The notes: generated by a model not told the origin, from the sequence alone. Numbered from the stretch's first letter, positions 29,128 through 38,800 are shown. The stretch: DNA of 64,000 nt from an uncultured delta proteobacterium (GCA_963717985.1 CAVQYC010000003.1:34314-98313), one strand, 5' to 3'. Made by a program: numbers and translations.

Positions 29128-29446
29128 GGTCCCCCCTTCAGTAGAACCTGAAGGGACAGCACGAGGGTCGAATTTTCTAAGTCACGGGTGACAAGTTATG
29201 CCCCAACCTCCGAAAAGTCAGAAAACTATTTATATTGAGCTGCTGCTTCCCCGTTACTGCCCCTAAAGAATAGCCCCGCGATGCCGTGTAAACAGTAAGT
29301 CTTGAACCTCTCAAGATAAGTGGGCGCCTTTTTCTTGCTTCACGCGTCTCGCACTCAGACGAGCATGCAGTCTGCAATAAGAGAAGGCTCCCCGCAAAGA
29401 GGTGTTGGCTCGAAGTTTACCATTTATCACGCACACCGCAGGGAAT

Positions 29447-29704
29447 CTATACGTTTTCAACCTTTCTCAAGAGCCTCAGCGTGTTGTCTTCGACTTTCTC
29501 GAACCGCTCCTTCATATCCATGTAGTTATCGGCAACCCTCATCATTGCCATGATAACCGTATTCAGCGTGTTTACGATCCCAAATTCCTGCGCCACCCCC
29601 GCTATTTCCTGGTCGACGAACCGGGCGACTTTTCTGATCTTCTCCTCATCATCACCAACGAAAGTAAATGACTGATTGAGTATAGTGACTTCCACTCTGT
29701 GCAA
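29447..29704 (-). CDS. zapA: cell division protein ZapA
   Basis: 85 aa. VEVTILNQSFTFVGDDEEKIRKVARFVDQEI.. is a typical ZapA. Confidence 0.8.
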   Translation of the reverse strand: MHRVEVTILNQSFTFVGDDEEKIRKVARFVDQEIAGVAQEFGIVNTLNTVIMAMMRVADNYMDMKERFEKVEDNTLRLLRKVENV

Positions 29705-29706
29705 AG

Positions 29707-29994
29707 TTATGCTTCTATCTTCTGAATCTTCTCCAGAATACCTTTTACCTTTTGCGTAACCAGGTCTTTCTCGCTCTCAACCCGCGCCACCTGCTCTCTA
29801 AGCTCTCTGTTCTCCGCCTCAAGGGACGCAATCCTGCTCTCGTTGCCCTCTTTTTCCTCTCGGATACCCTTATATGCGCTGATAAGGACATCGATCTTTT
29901 CTTCTAATTCTCCAAGCCTGTTATCGCTGAATAGCTGCTTCCATACCTGAATACTTAATCTCTTTTCTGTTCGAAAGTCAAGTACAAAAGGCAC
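29707..29994 (-). CDS. ZapB-like coiled-coil cell-division protein
   Basis: A heptad-rich sequence, [50 protein letters not shown], lies directly upstream of zapA. The start is uncertain because the ORF overlaps the prfB end by 40 nt. Confidence 0.55.
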   Translation of the reverse strand: MPFVLDFRTEKRLSIQVWKQLFSDNRLGELEEKIDVLISAYKGIREEKEGNESRIASLEAENRELREQVARVESEKDLVTQKVKGILEKIQKIEA

Positions 29995-31069
29995 GCCTTG
30001 ATGAACTGGTCAAGGTCTCCGTCGAGCACGCTTTCAGCGTTATGCACCTCCAGTTTTGTGCGGTGGTCCTTGATAAGCTTGTAGGGATGGAGCGTGTACG
30101 AGCGGATCTGGCTACCCCATGAAATGTCCTTCTTCTCCTTGTTCAGCAGGTCCATCTTCTCATCCTGCTTCTTCTTCTCCAGCCGCATAGACCCTTGACT
30201 TCAAAATGGCCATAGCGATGGCCTTGTTCTTGTGCTGCGACCGCTCGTTCTGGCACTGAACCACTATGTTGGTCGGCAAATGGGTGATCCGTATGGCCGA
30301 TTCCGTCCTGTTGACGTGCTGTCCCCCGGGTCCGCTCGCGCGGAAGGTGTCGATCTTCAAGTCCTCATCCCGGATGTCAACCTGAATGCTCTCCGGGATC
30401 TCCGGATAGGCATAGACCGAGGCAAACGACGTGTGTCTCCTGGCATTCGCGTCGAAAGGCGAGATACGCACGAGGCGATGAATCCCGTTCTCGCACTTCA
30501 GGTAGCCATAGGCATACGCGCCTTTTACGAGGAACGTGACGTTCTTGATGCCCGCCTCTTCTCCGGGCAGCAGGTCGACAACCTGCGACTCGAACCCCTT
30601 CCTCTCCGCCCACTTGAGGTACATGCGCAGGAGCATTTCCGCCCAGTCCTGCGCCTCTGTTCCTCCAGCCCCGGCGTTTATATACATGATGGCGCTTTCC
30701 TCGTCATTCTCCTCGGCGAGCATCCGCTCTATCTCGAACCTGTTAAGCTCGGCGTCGAGGGTCTCGACCCGGCGCTCCAGCTCTCCGATGTCTCCGGGGT
30801 CCCCTGCCTCTTTTGCGAAGTCACTCAGAATAAGGATCTCCTCCAGCTCCGTCTCCTTGCTCTCCCAGCGCTGCACCTCGTCCTGCAGCCTGGCCCTTTC
30901 CCGGAGCAGCTTCTGCGCCTTTTCCTGGTCTTCCCAAAAGTCTTTTTGCGCTAGGGTTTGATCGTACTCGCTGATGCGCGCTTTGAGGGCAGGTGCGTCA
31001 AAGATAACCTCTGAGCGCCTGCATGCGGTCGATAAGCGTATCCGTTCTCGCTTTTATGTCATCTATCAT
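29955..31069 (-). CDS. prfB: peptide chain release factor 2, with the programmed +1 frameshift plus one additional unexpected frameshift near 30185
   Basis: [26 protein letters not shown], then the +1 frame reads [14 protein letters not shown]..., with SPF (RISPFD) and GGQ (GPGGQHVN) motifs. ..AILKSRVY is then cut off, and the sequence continues in another frame as [35 protein letters not shown]... Confidence 0.9.
30997..31012 (-). promoter_or_regulatory. prfB programmed +1 frameshift site with an internal SD-like element
   Basis: The minus strand reads AGAGGT TAT CTT TGA C. Compare E. coli AGGGGG TAT CTT TGA C. Confidence 0.85.
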
Positions 31070-31157
31070 GATTGCACCACCATCTTTCGGTTATGGCCGC
31101 TCCCGTCTTTCCAGGGAAGCGCCTTTGTCGCTCCTTTTCCGCTTTACAGCGGCCCCG

Positions 31158-31214
31158 TTATTCCTCGGCTTTGGTGAGATCCTCAAACTTAATATCCAGC
31201 CCCAGGACCGCCAC
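31158..31214. repeat. 57-bp perfect second copy of the last 18 codons plus stop of the 31294..33105 gene
   Basis: 31158-31214 is identical to 31294-31350. Both copies start with the stop-codon complement tta. Confidence 0.95.
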
Positions 31215-31293
31215 ATACAATTACCGGGGTTCAGCACCCCCTCCATCGGCGGAGCCGCCGGAGCCTCCCCGCTCACAAAGCATGAAAAAAGCC
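31215..31293. repeat. GC-rich intergenic repeat element, copy A (79 bp)
   Basis: atacaattaccggggttcagcaccccctccatcggcggagccgccggagcctccccgctcacaaagcatgaaaaaagcc. It aligns with copies at 33119, 48652 and 56157 (reverse complement). Confidence 0.9.
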
Positions 31294-33105
31294 TTATTCC
31301 TCGGCTTTGGTGAGATCCTCAAACTTAATATCCAGCCCCAGGACCGCCACTATCTCTCCGGTCTCGTCATGTATCGGGCCTGAAACGGTAATACAGAGGG
31401 CGCCGGTTATTCTTGACGTGTAGAGACCCGTCACCGATATCCTGCCGGTCGAGAGCGGCTGGATGAACCAATCCCTGTCCGAGAAATCTTCATGCAGGTC
31501 TATCTTGGCGTACTTTGCCCTGTCCACCGCCTGGGTGATGTTCCTGGTGACCTTCACTCCTTCCGCGTTGACCACATAAGCAAACTGTATGTACGGGTAC
31601 TCGGCCACGAGTCCCTTGAGCACCCCTTCCTGCCGCTCGGGCTCCATGCTCTTTATATCATCCTCTTCGATATAGCGCTCGATCAGATGGGCGGCCATAT
31701 CGTGGGCACTCTTCTTCAGCATATCGAATTCGGACGGGAAGACTTCGGGCATGTACCGGCGGACCATATGTTCCATCTCCTCGTCAGACATGGCGGTCAC
31801 CCTGCCCTCCTCATACTGCTTCAGAATCCGCTTGTTTATCCTTGCGACACCCGGATGGGTTTTTTCAATTGCGTCCTCTCCGATCAGGGCAAAATGGGAA
31901 TTGATCCAGTGGGCTATGCCTGCAAGGCCTGATTTGTCGGTGAGATTTATCGTTATCGGCCTGTTGAGTATTCTCTTTGTGTCGAAGGCGGTATATATCT
32001 CCTCGTTTTTTGCGAGCCCGTCGATGTGGACGCCGGCGGAGGTCGCATTGAAATCCGAGCCGACAAACGGTTGATTTCGGGGTATGTGGAGACCCACCTC
32101 CTTCTCGAAATAATTCCTCATCTCCGTAATCACCTTGGTATCGATCCCGTTGTCATCGCCGACGAGCGAGATATACTCCATAATAAGCGCCTCTATGGGG
32201 GTGTTCCCTGTTCGTTCCCCCATGCCCAGAAGGGCGCCGTTTACGAACGTGCACCCGTAGAGCCATGCACTCACCGCGCCGACCACTCCCCTGTAGAAAT
32301 CGTTATGTCCGTGCCATTCGAGGCAATCGGAAGGTACACCGGCATCATCGATCATGGCCCTGATGATCTTTCCCACGGAGCGCGGCAAGGCGGCCCCAGG
32401 ATAAGTAATACCGAGACCGAGGGTGTCGCACAACCGTATCTTTATGGGTATCTTCGCCTCTTCCGACAGGGACATGAGGGCCTGTGCAAAGGGCACACAA
32501 AACCCGTAAATATCGGCCCTCGTCACGTCTTCAAAATGACACCGCGGCATGATGCCGGCATCGAGAGCCGCCTCAACGACTTTCAAATAACCCTTGAATA
32601 CCTCGGCCCTCGTTTTGTGAAACTTGTAGAATATGTGATAATCGGAAATGCTCGTGAGCATACCTGTCTCTTTCAGGCCGAAATCCTTCACAAGCTGCAG
32701 ATCTTCCTTGCTGGCCCGAATCCAACCCGTAATTTCCGGATACCGATATCCTTTTTCGAGGCATTTCGTCACCGCTTCCTTGTCCTTCTCGGTGTAGAGA
32801 AAAAACTCGGATTGACGTATCACCCCGTTCGGCCCGCTCAACCGGTGGAGAAGATTGAAAATGTCCTCGATCTGTTTTACAGAGAAAGGGGGCCTCGCTT
32901 GCTGGCCGTCCCTGAAGGTCGTGTCCGTGATGAAGATCTCGTCAGGGGGGTCTATTGACTCGATCTTGTGGTCGAAACTGACCCTTACCATATCGGTATA
33001 GGGGAACACGTTCCGGAAAAGCTCGGGCTCTTTCACATCGATGAGCGGGAACCTGGTGCTCTTTACCGTATTCTTGAAGATAAAACCTTTCCGCTTTTTC
33101 GCCAA
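31294..33105 (-). CDS. HMGL-family acyl-CoA:2-oxoacid condensing enzyme (homocitrate/isopropylmalate/Re-citrate-synthase-like) fused to a C-terminal Cache/PDC-like domain
   Basis: Contains ITDTTFRDGQQA, ..EWHGHNDF.. and GERTGN (DRE-TIM metallolyase motifs). The last ~120 aa read ..DRDWFIQPLSTGRISVTGLYTSRITGALCITVSGPIHDETGEIVAVLGLDIKF, the Cache_1-type signature. TTG start at 33105. Confidence 0.7.
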   Translation of the reverse strand: MAKKRKGFIFKNTVKSTRFPLIDVKEPELFRNVFPYTDMVRVSFDHKIESIDPPDEIFITDTTFRDGQQARPPFSVKQIEDIFNLLHRLSGPNGVIRQSEFFLYTEKDKEAVTKCLEKGYRYPEITGWIRASKEDLQLVKDFGLKETGMLTSISDYHIFYKFHKTRAEVFKGYLKVVEAALDAGIMPRCHFEDVTRADIYGFCVPFAQALMSLSEEAKIPIKIRLCDTLGLGITYPGAALPRSVGKIIRAMIDDAGVPSDCLEWHGHNDFYRGVVGAVSAWLYGCTFVNGALLGMGERTGNTPIEALIMEYISLVGDDNGIDTKVITEMRNYFEKEVGLHIPRNQPFVGSDFNATSAGVHIDGLAKNEEIYTAFDTKRILNRPITINLTDKSGLAGIAHWINSHFALIGEDAIEKTHPGVARINKRILKQYEEGRVTAMSDEEMEHMVRRYMPEVFPSEFDMLKKSAHDMAAHLIERYIEEDDIKSMEPERQEGVLKGLVAEYPYIQFAYVVNAEGVKVTRNITQAVDRAKYAKIDLHEDFSDRDWFIQPLSTGRISVTGLYTSRITGALCITVSGPIHDETGEIVAVLGLDIKFEDLTKAEE

Positions 33106-33118
33106 CTCCTCCCCCTAG

Positions 33119-33193
33119 CAATTATTGGGGCTCAGCGCCCCCTCCTCGGCGAAGCCTCGGAGCCTCCCCGCTCGGCTCGCTTCGCTCGATTAT
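33119..33193. repeat. GC-rich intergenic repeat element, copy B
   Basis: caattattggggctcagcgccccctcctcggcgaagcctcggagcctccccgctcggctcgcttcgctcgattat. Its tail abuts the aspS stop codon at 33194. Confidence 0.9.
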
Positions 33194-34954
33194 CTATTCC
33201 TTCGTCACCCTCAGCCTCAGGTCGCTGAGCTGCCTCGGCTTAACCGGTGCCGGAGCGCCGGACAGCAGACAGGTGCCCTTCTGCGTCTTTGGGAACGGGA
33301 TCACGTCCCTTATGCTGTCGAGGCCCAGGAGCATCATCAGGATGCGGTCGATCCCGAAAGCAAAGCCCCCGTGGGGAGGTGCGCCCATCTCCAACGCTTC
33401 GAGGAGAAAACCGAACTGCTCGACGGCCTCTTCTTCCTTGAAGCCGAGGAGCTTGAACATCTCCATCTGCTCGTCTTTCCGGTGTATCCTGATGCTGCCC
33501 CCGCCAATCTCCGCCCCGTTCAGCACGAGGTCGTACGCCTTTGCCTGCATCGATTCGTAGTCGCCGCCGAATTCCTGAATGCTGCCTTTCGGCGACGTAA
33601 ACGGGTGATGGCGGGCAACATACCTTTTCTCTTCCGCGCTGTATTCAAAGAGCGGGAAATTGACGACCCACAGGAAAGAGTCGTCGCCTTTCCTCACGAG
33701 GTCGTACTTCTCTCCGAGATAGAGGCGAAACCTCCCCATGATATCGTTTACTTTAGCGCGCGCATCGGCCATAATGAAAAGCACGTCGCCGTCCGCGAGG
33801 CCGCATCGCGCGTCTATGGCCGCGGTCTCCTCTTCCTTCAGGTACTTCACTATGGGCGACACGAGCTTCCCCGCATCCTTGCGCATCCAGATGAGGCCGC
33901 CCGCGCCGAGGGTCTTCGCCGTGTCGACGGCTGTGTCGAGGTCTTTCCGGGAAAGGGACCTGGACTTCAGCGCAATGCCCTTTATGGCCCCTCCATTGCC
34001 CACAACGTTCTTGAACACGCCAAATTCAGTCGACCGGAACAACGGGGTCAGCTCTTCCATGGGCAGATCGAACCTGAGGTCGGGCTTATCCGTCCCATAA
34101 CGCTCCATCGCCTCGGAATAATCCATCCGTCTGAAAGGACCGGCAAGGGGCGTTTTCTTTATCGATTCGTAAAGCACAGCCATGGCGCCCTCAACTAACG
34201 CGATGACGTCTTCCACATCCACAAAGCTCATCTCCAGATCGAGCTGGGTGAACTCCGGCTGCCGGTCCGCCCTCAGGTCTTCATCCCTGAAGCATCGCGC
34301 CAACTGGAAGTATTTTTCAAAACCCGCTACCATCAGTATCTGCTTGAAGAGCTGGGGTGATTGCGGAAGCGCGTAAAACTGGCCCTGATTCAACCTGCTC
34401 GGGACGATGAAATCGCGAGCCCCCTCAGGTGTGCTCTTGGTGAGAAAAGGCGTCTCGATCTCGAAAAAGCCCTGCGACGACAGGTAGCTCCGCACTGCCA
34501 TCCCCGCCGCGCTCCGCAGGATAAACGTCTCCCGCACCTTCGGGCGGCGCATGTCCAGGTACCGATACTTCAATCTGAGGAACTCATTCGGCTCCTCTTC
34601 GGTATCGAGCTCGTCGACCTGGAAAGGCAGAGGCTTGCAGGTGTTGAGTACCGTAAGGGTGGAAACGAGCACCTCGATTCCTCCCGTGGGGATATTGGGG
34701 TTCTCCGTGCCTTCGGGCCTCGGCGCTACCGTGCCTTCGATGCGGATCACATACTCCTGCTTGATCTCATGCGCTTCCTTATGGGCGACAGGGGCTATCT
34801 CGGGAGAGAAGACCACCTGCACAATGCCGCTCACATCCCTCAGATCGAGGAAGATGAGACCGCCGTGATCGCGTCTTCTGAACACCCATCCCGCCAGCTC
34901 TACGCTCATTCCCACATCGACTACCGAGAGCGTTCCACAGTACCGGTTTCTCAA
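33194..34954 (-). CDS. aspS: aspartate--tRNA ligase
   Basis: ..RYCGTLSVVDVGMSVELAGWVFRRRDHGGLIFLDLRD.. and class II motifs (..FRDEDLRADRQPEFTQLD.., ..GGGSIRIH..). I chose the TTG start at 34954, 6 nt after GGAGGAGG, and discarded the 78-aa ORF-track extension. 586 aa. Confidence 0.9.
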   Translation of the reverse strand: MRNRYCGTLSVVDVGMSVELAGWVFRRRDHGGLIFLDLRDVSGIVQVVFSPEIAPVAHKEAHEIKQEYVIRIEGTVAPRPEGTENPNIPTGGIEVLVSTLTVLNTCKPLPFQVDELDTEEEPNEFLRLKYRYLDMRRPKVRETFILRSAAGMAVRSYLSSQGFFEIETPFLTKSTPEGARDFIVPSRLNQGQFYALPQSPQLFKQILMVAGFEKYFQLARCFRDEDLRADRQPEFTQLDLEMSFVDVEDVIALVEGAMAVLYESIKKTPLAGPFRRMDYSEAMERYGTDKPDLRFDLPMEELTPLFRSTEFGVFKNVVGNGGAIKGIALKSRSLSRKDLDTAVDTAKTLGAGGLIWMRKDAGKLVSPIVKYLKEEETAAIDARCGLADGDVLFIMADARAKVNDIMGRFRLYLGEKYDLVRKGDDSFLWVVNFPLFEYSAEEKRYVARHHPFTSPKGSIQEFGGDYESMQAKAYDLVLNGAEIGGGSIRIHRKDEQMEMFKLLGFKEEEAVEQFGFLLEALEMGAPPHGGFAFGIDRILMMLLGLDSIRDVIPFPKTQKGTCLLSGAPAPVKPRQLSDLRLRVTKE

Positions 34955-35085
34955 ATTGGACCTCCTCCAAAAGCCCTTTATTATAGCCGAAGGGCGGGGG
35001 CGGGTCAAGGGGGAGAGCACTGGGTTGACAAGCCCATATATGTGGATCATAATAGCTATTACAGTACACATAACTGAAGGTGACC

Positions 35086-35319
35086 ATGAAAACCGTGCAA
35101 ATGACCTTGGATGAGGACTTGGTAAAAGAAGTCGACCTTCTTGCAAAAGAGCTGAACACGACAAGATCAGCCTTAACGCGGGCGGCACTCCGTGCGGCGA
35201 TAAAGGATATCAAAATAAGACGCCTCGAAGAAAAGCATCGGGCCGGATATGAATGCCGCCCGGTGACAAAGGAAGAGTTCGGCGTGTGGCACGATGAGCA
35301 GGCCTGGGGTGGAGAGTGA
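35086..35319 (+). CDS. ribbon-helix-helix (CopG/MazE-like) antitoxin
   Basis: MKTVQMTLDEDLVKEVDLLAKELNTTRSALTRAALRAAI is a classic RHH. It overlaps the toxin start by 4 nt. Confidence 0.75.
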   Translation: MKTVQMTLDEDLVKEVDLLAKELNTTRSALTRAALRAAIKDIKIRRLEEKHRAGYECRPVTKEEFGVWHDEQAWGGE

Positions 35320-35627
35320 AACGGGGAGACATCCGGTGGTATACGTTCAAGTCTCCCGACAAGAAGCGGCCGGTACTTCTTCTGACCCGCAATTCCGTCA
35401 TCGCCTATCTTAACGAAGTCACCATAGCTCCGATCACGTCTACGGTGAGAGAAATACCAAGCGAAGTCCGTCTGGACGAAGGTGATGGCATGCCCGGGGA
35501 GTGTGCCGTAAACGCCGACCACATTCAGACGGTGCCGAAGGATCGGATAGGGAAGCTCATCACTGCGCTTGCGCCTGAGAAGCTCGCCGAAGTCGGGAGG
35601 GCAGTAAGATTCGCCATCGATCTTTGA
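35316..35627 (+). CDS. mazF: PemK/MazF-family endoribonuclease toxin
   Basis: MKRGDIRWYTFKSPDKKRPVLLLTRN..VTIAPITST..PSEV.. is a MazF-fold signature. 103 aa. Confidence 0.8.
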   Translation: MKRGDIRWYTFKSPDKKRPVLLLTRNSVIAYLNEVTIAPITSTVREIPSEVRLDEGDGMPGECAVNADHIQTVPKDRIGKLITALAPEKLAEVGRAVRFAIDL

Positions 35628-35897
35628 AGTTCCGGCTGCGCCTCCTTCTCGGCCGGGTGAATTTCGTGCCCTATTTCGAAGGACTTTGCGAAAAATCCAT
35701 GAGCAGATCAATTTGGATGTCGCAATATTAAAAATCCTTTTCTTGGCCAAATTTCACATGCCTTGCTGTTTCGATTTGGCAACAGCCCCTTAAATAGCAA
35801 CTTCATTTGGCCGATAATACTTCATGGCCGTGAGAAAGGGCATAGGAAGGTGATCGCATCGAGCGACAGGGCGGTAAACGGCCGGCCGCCAATAACC

Positions 35898-38800
35898 ATG
35901 CTGGCCATTCTGATTGTCGCAGGTCTTCTGGGAAACTATCTCAACGTTCCACTCTTTTTTGGAGCTGACTTCCTCTTCGGCAGCATAGCCGTTCTGCTTG
36001 TCCTCCACTTTTATGGTATTGGCTGGGGGATAGTCGCCGCGCTTATTGCCCACAGCTACACCTACTTCTTGTGGGGACACCCATACGGGATCGTCAACTT
36101 CACGAGCGAAGCGCTCTTTGTCGGCTGTCTTATGAAAAGGTGGCGCAGGAATCTGATTCTGGTGGACGGCCTGTTTTGGCTGTTGGTTGGCATTCCGCTG
36201 GCATTTATTGAACATGGCGTCGTGATGCAAATGGGCTACGTGACCACCGCCTTCATCATGCTCAAACAGTCCGTCAACGGCGTCTTCAACGCCCTATTCG
36301 CGAGCCTCATTCTGTGCTATTTGCCTCTGGAAAGACTGTTTCACCGTTCCCGACCTTCTCCAAAAATCTCGCTCCACGAATCCCTCTTTAATCTCTCGGC
36401 AATGATGATCCTCGTTCCCGCACTTCTGCTCACCGTAGTACAAGTCAGGCATGAGAAGGAGAGGATGGAAGCCGGAGCCATAGGGGAACTCCAATCGCAG
36501 TCTGCCGAGCTGCAATCGAACGTACGCGTCTGGTATCGGCTCCATATGCGGGCCGTGCAGAATCTGGCCCTTCTGGCCGGCCGGTCCCCCATGACCCCTT
36601 CGGCACAACTGCGGCATGACACCGAAATCCTGAAATGGCAGTTTCAGGATTTCGCTACGATGCACGTGGAAAACCGTGAGGGTCGCAGCATTGCCTTTGA
36701 GCCGCCGACCAATGAGAACGGGGACCGTACCCTCGCCCTCTCTTTCTCTGACGCACCCTGGTTCAGAAAGGTCAAGGCTACGCGGCAACCCGTCGTGTCA
36801 GACGTGTTTGTGGGAAATAAGGCTCTCCTCGCCCCCATTGTAACTCTGTGCGCGCCGGTCATTAAGGAGAACCGTTGGCAAGGCTGCGCAACGGGAGCAC
36901 TGGATCTTGCACGGGTGGGAGAAATCCTCCGATCTTACGGGTCGCAGAAGCTATCGGGCCTTACCCTTACCGACGCTCAAAACAGGGTGATCGCAAGCAG
37001 CGTCCCGGCGCGAAGTCCTATGCAGTTGTGGGACCGGAAATCGACCGGGGTGTTCCGACCCGTCAACGGTTCGACATACCTTTGGCACCCCGGCGGAAAC
37101 AGGAAACTACCCTCCATGACGTTCTGGCGGCAATCGTTCTATGTACAGGAAAGCCTGATAGGACCGGGTCTTCCCTGGAAGCTCACCGCCGAGACCCCGG
37201 TGGCGCCCGTCCAGCGTCTCCTCTACGCCATCTACGTCAAGAACCTCGCCATCATGGCTTGCTTGATTGCTTTGTCCATGCTGCTATCCTTTGTCTTCAG
37301 CCGGGCGATCAGCCGGCCTCTGGCTAAATTGGCAAACGTCACAGCCGGCTGGCCCGAGAAGCTCACGGATGCCCAGGACATCGATTGGCCGGCCACGTCG
37401 ACCGACGAAGTGAGTTCGCTTATCACGAATTTCGTGTCCATGACCAAAGCCCTGGAGACAACCTTCAATCATCTTCGCGCCAAGAGCGAGGAACTCGGCC
37501 GAGCCAATCTGGAATTACACCAAGAGATCCGGGACCGGCGTCAAGCCGAAGAAGCGCTCCGTGAGAGTGAGGAGAGATACCGCCTCCTTGCGGAGAATGC
37601 GTCGGACGTTATCTGGGCCACCGATATGGCCCTGAACTTCACCTACGTCAGCCCCAGCATAGAGAGGTTGCAAGGTTGGACGCCTGAGGAGGTCAAGGGG
37701 CTTCGCCTTGAACAACGAATGCCGTCTCGTTCCGTGGAAATATTGAAGAGGGTTCTAAAGGAGGAGGTTGCCCGGGAAGCATATTCCGAGACAGATCCGT
37801 CCCGAGCGCGGACGATGGAGGTGGAAGTTTACCGCAAGGATGGATCGACGATCTGGACCGAGATCGCCGCCCGTTTTTTACGAGACGACCGGGCCGCGCT
37901 GAGGGGAGTCATGGGCGTTTCCAGGGAAATAACGCAGAGAAAACAAGCCGAGGAGGCTCTCAGGGAAAGCGAGGAAAAGTACCGCAAAATCTTCGAGAAT
38001 GCATCGGAGGGCATTTTTCAGGCGACGGTTGAGGGCCGGTATCTAAGCGTCAATCCGGCGTTTGCCAGGATGTTCGGATTTTCCTCCACGCAAGAGATGA
38101 TTGAATCGGTAACGGACATAGACCGGCAGTTGTACGTGAACCCCCAAGACCGGCAGTGCATGATCCGGATGCTGCGCGAGTCCGGCCGGGTTGAAGACTA
38201 TGAGGTTGAAGTATATCGCCGCGATAAGTCCAGGTTCTGGATCTCAATCAACGCTCACATCGTTCGCGACGCTGCCGGTCGTCTCCTCTACTTCGAAGGG
38301 ATGAACATCGACATGAGCGAGCGCAAGAACCTCGAAGCCCAGCTCATGCACGCGCAGAAGATGGAGGCCGTTGGTACATTGGCCGGCGGGGTTGCTCATG
38401 ACTTCAACAATCTCCTCACCGTCATTATGGGCTTTGCCAATTTGCTCCAGATAGGCATCGGAAAAGACGATCGCTTGCGGCCGTACGCGGATCAAATCAT
38501 AGCCTCCTCGGAAAAGGCGGCTAACCTGACCCAGGGTCTATTGGCGTTCAGCCGAAAACAACGCATCATCCTCGAGCCTCATAATTTGAACGATATCGTA
38601 AGAAGCACGGCAAGACTGCTGAAGAGGCTCCTTCCTGAGGACATTGAGCTAAGGGTCAACCTGGTCGATGTAGGCATTATAGTCAATCTGGACGTAACCC
38701 AGATGGACCAGGTCCTCATGAACCTCGCTACCAATGCCCGGGATGCCATGCCACACGGGGGATCACTTTCCATTGAAACACAGGTGGCCACCCTGGACGA

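Noticed and set aside
31158-31350. Diversity-generating retroelement (template repeat / variable repeat at a gene 3' end) as an explanation for the duplicated 3' ends at 31.2 kb and 48.6 kb.
   Set aside because: - The two copies are 100% identical, with no adenine-specific mismatches.
- They are only 55-57 bp long.
- No reverse transcriptase or accessory gene is nearby.
31158-31350. A CRISPR-like repeat-spacer-repeat unit (ectopic spacer integration).
   Set aside because: - The 'repeats' differ between the two loci and are gene-derived.
- The 'spacer' is itself a multi-copy element.
- There is no array, leader or cas gene in the window.
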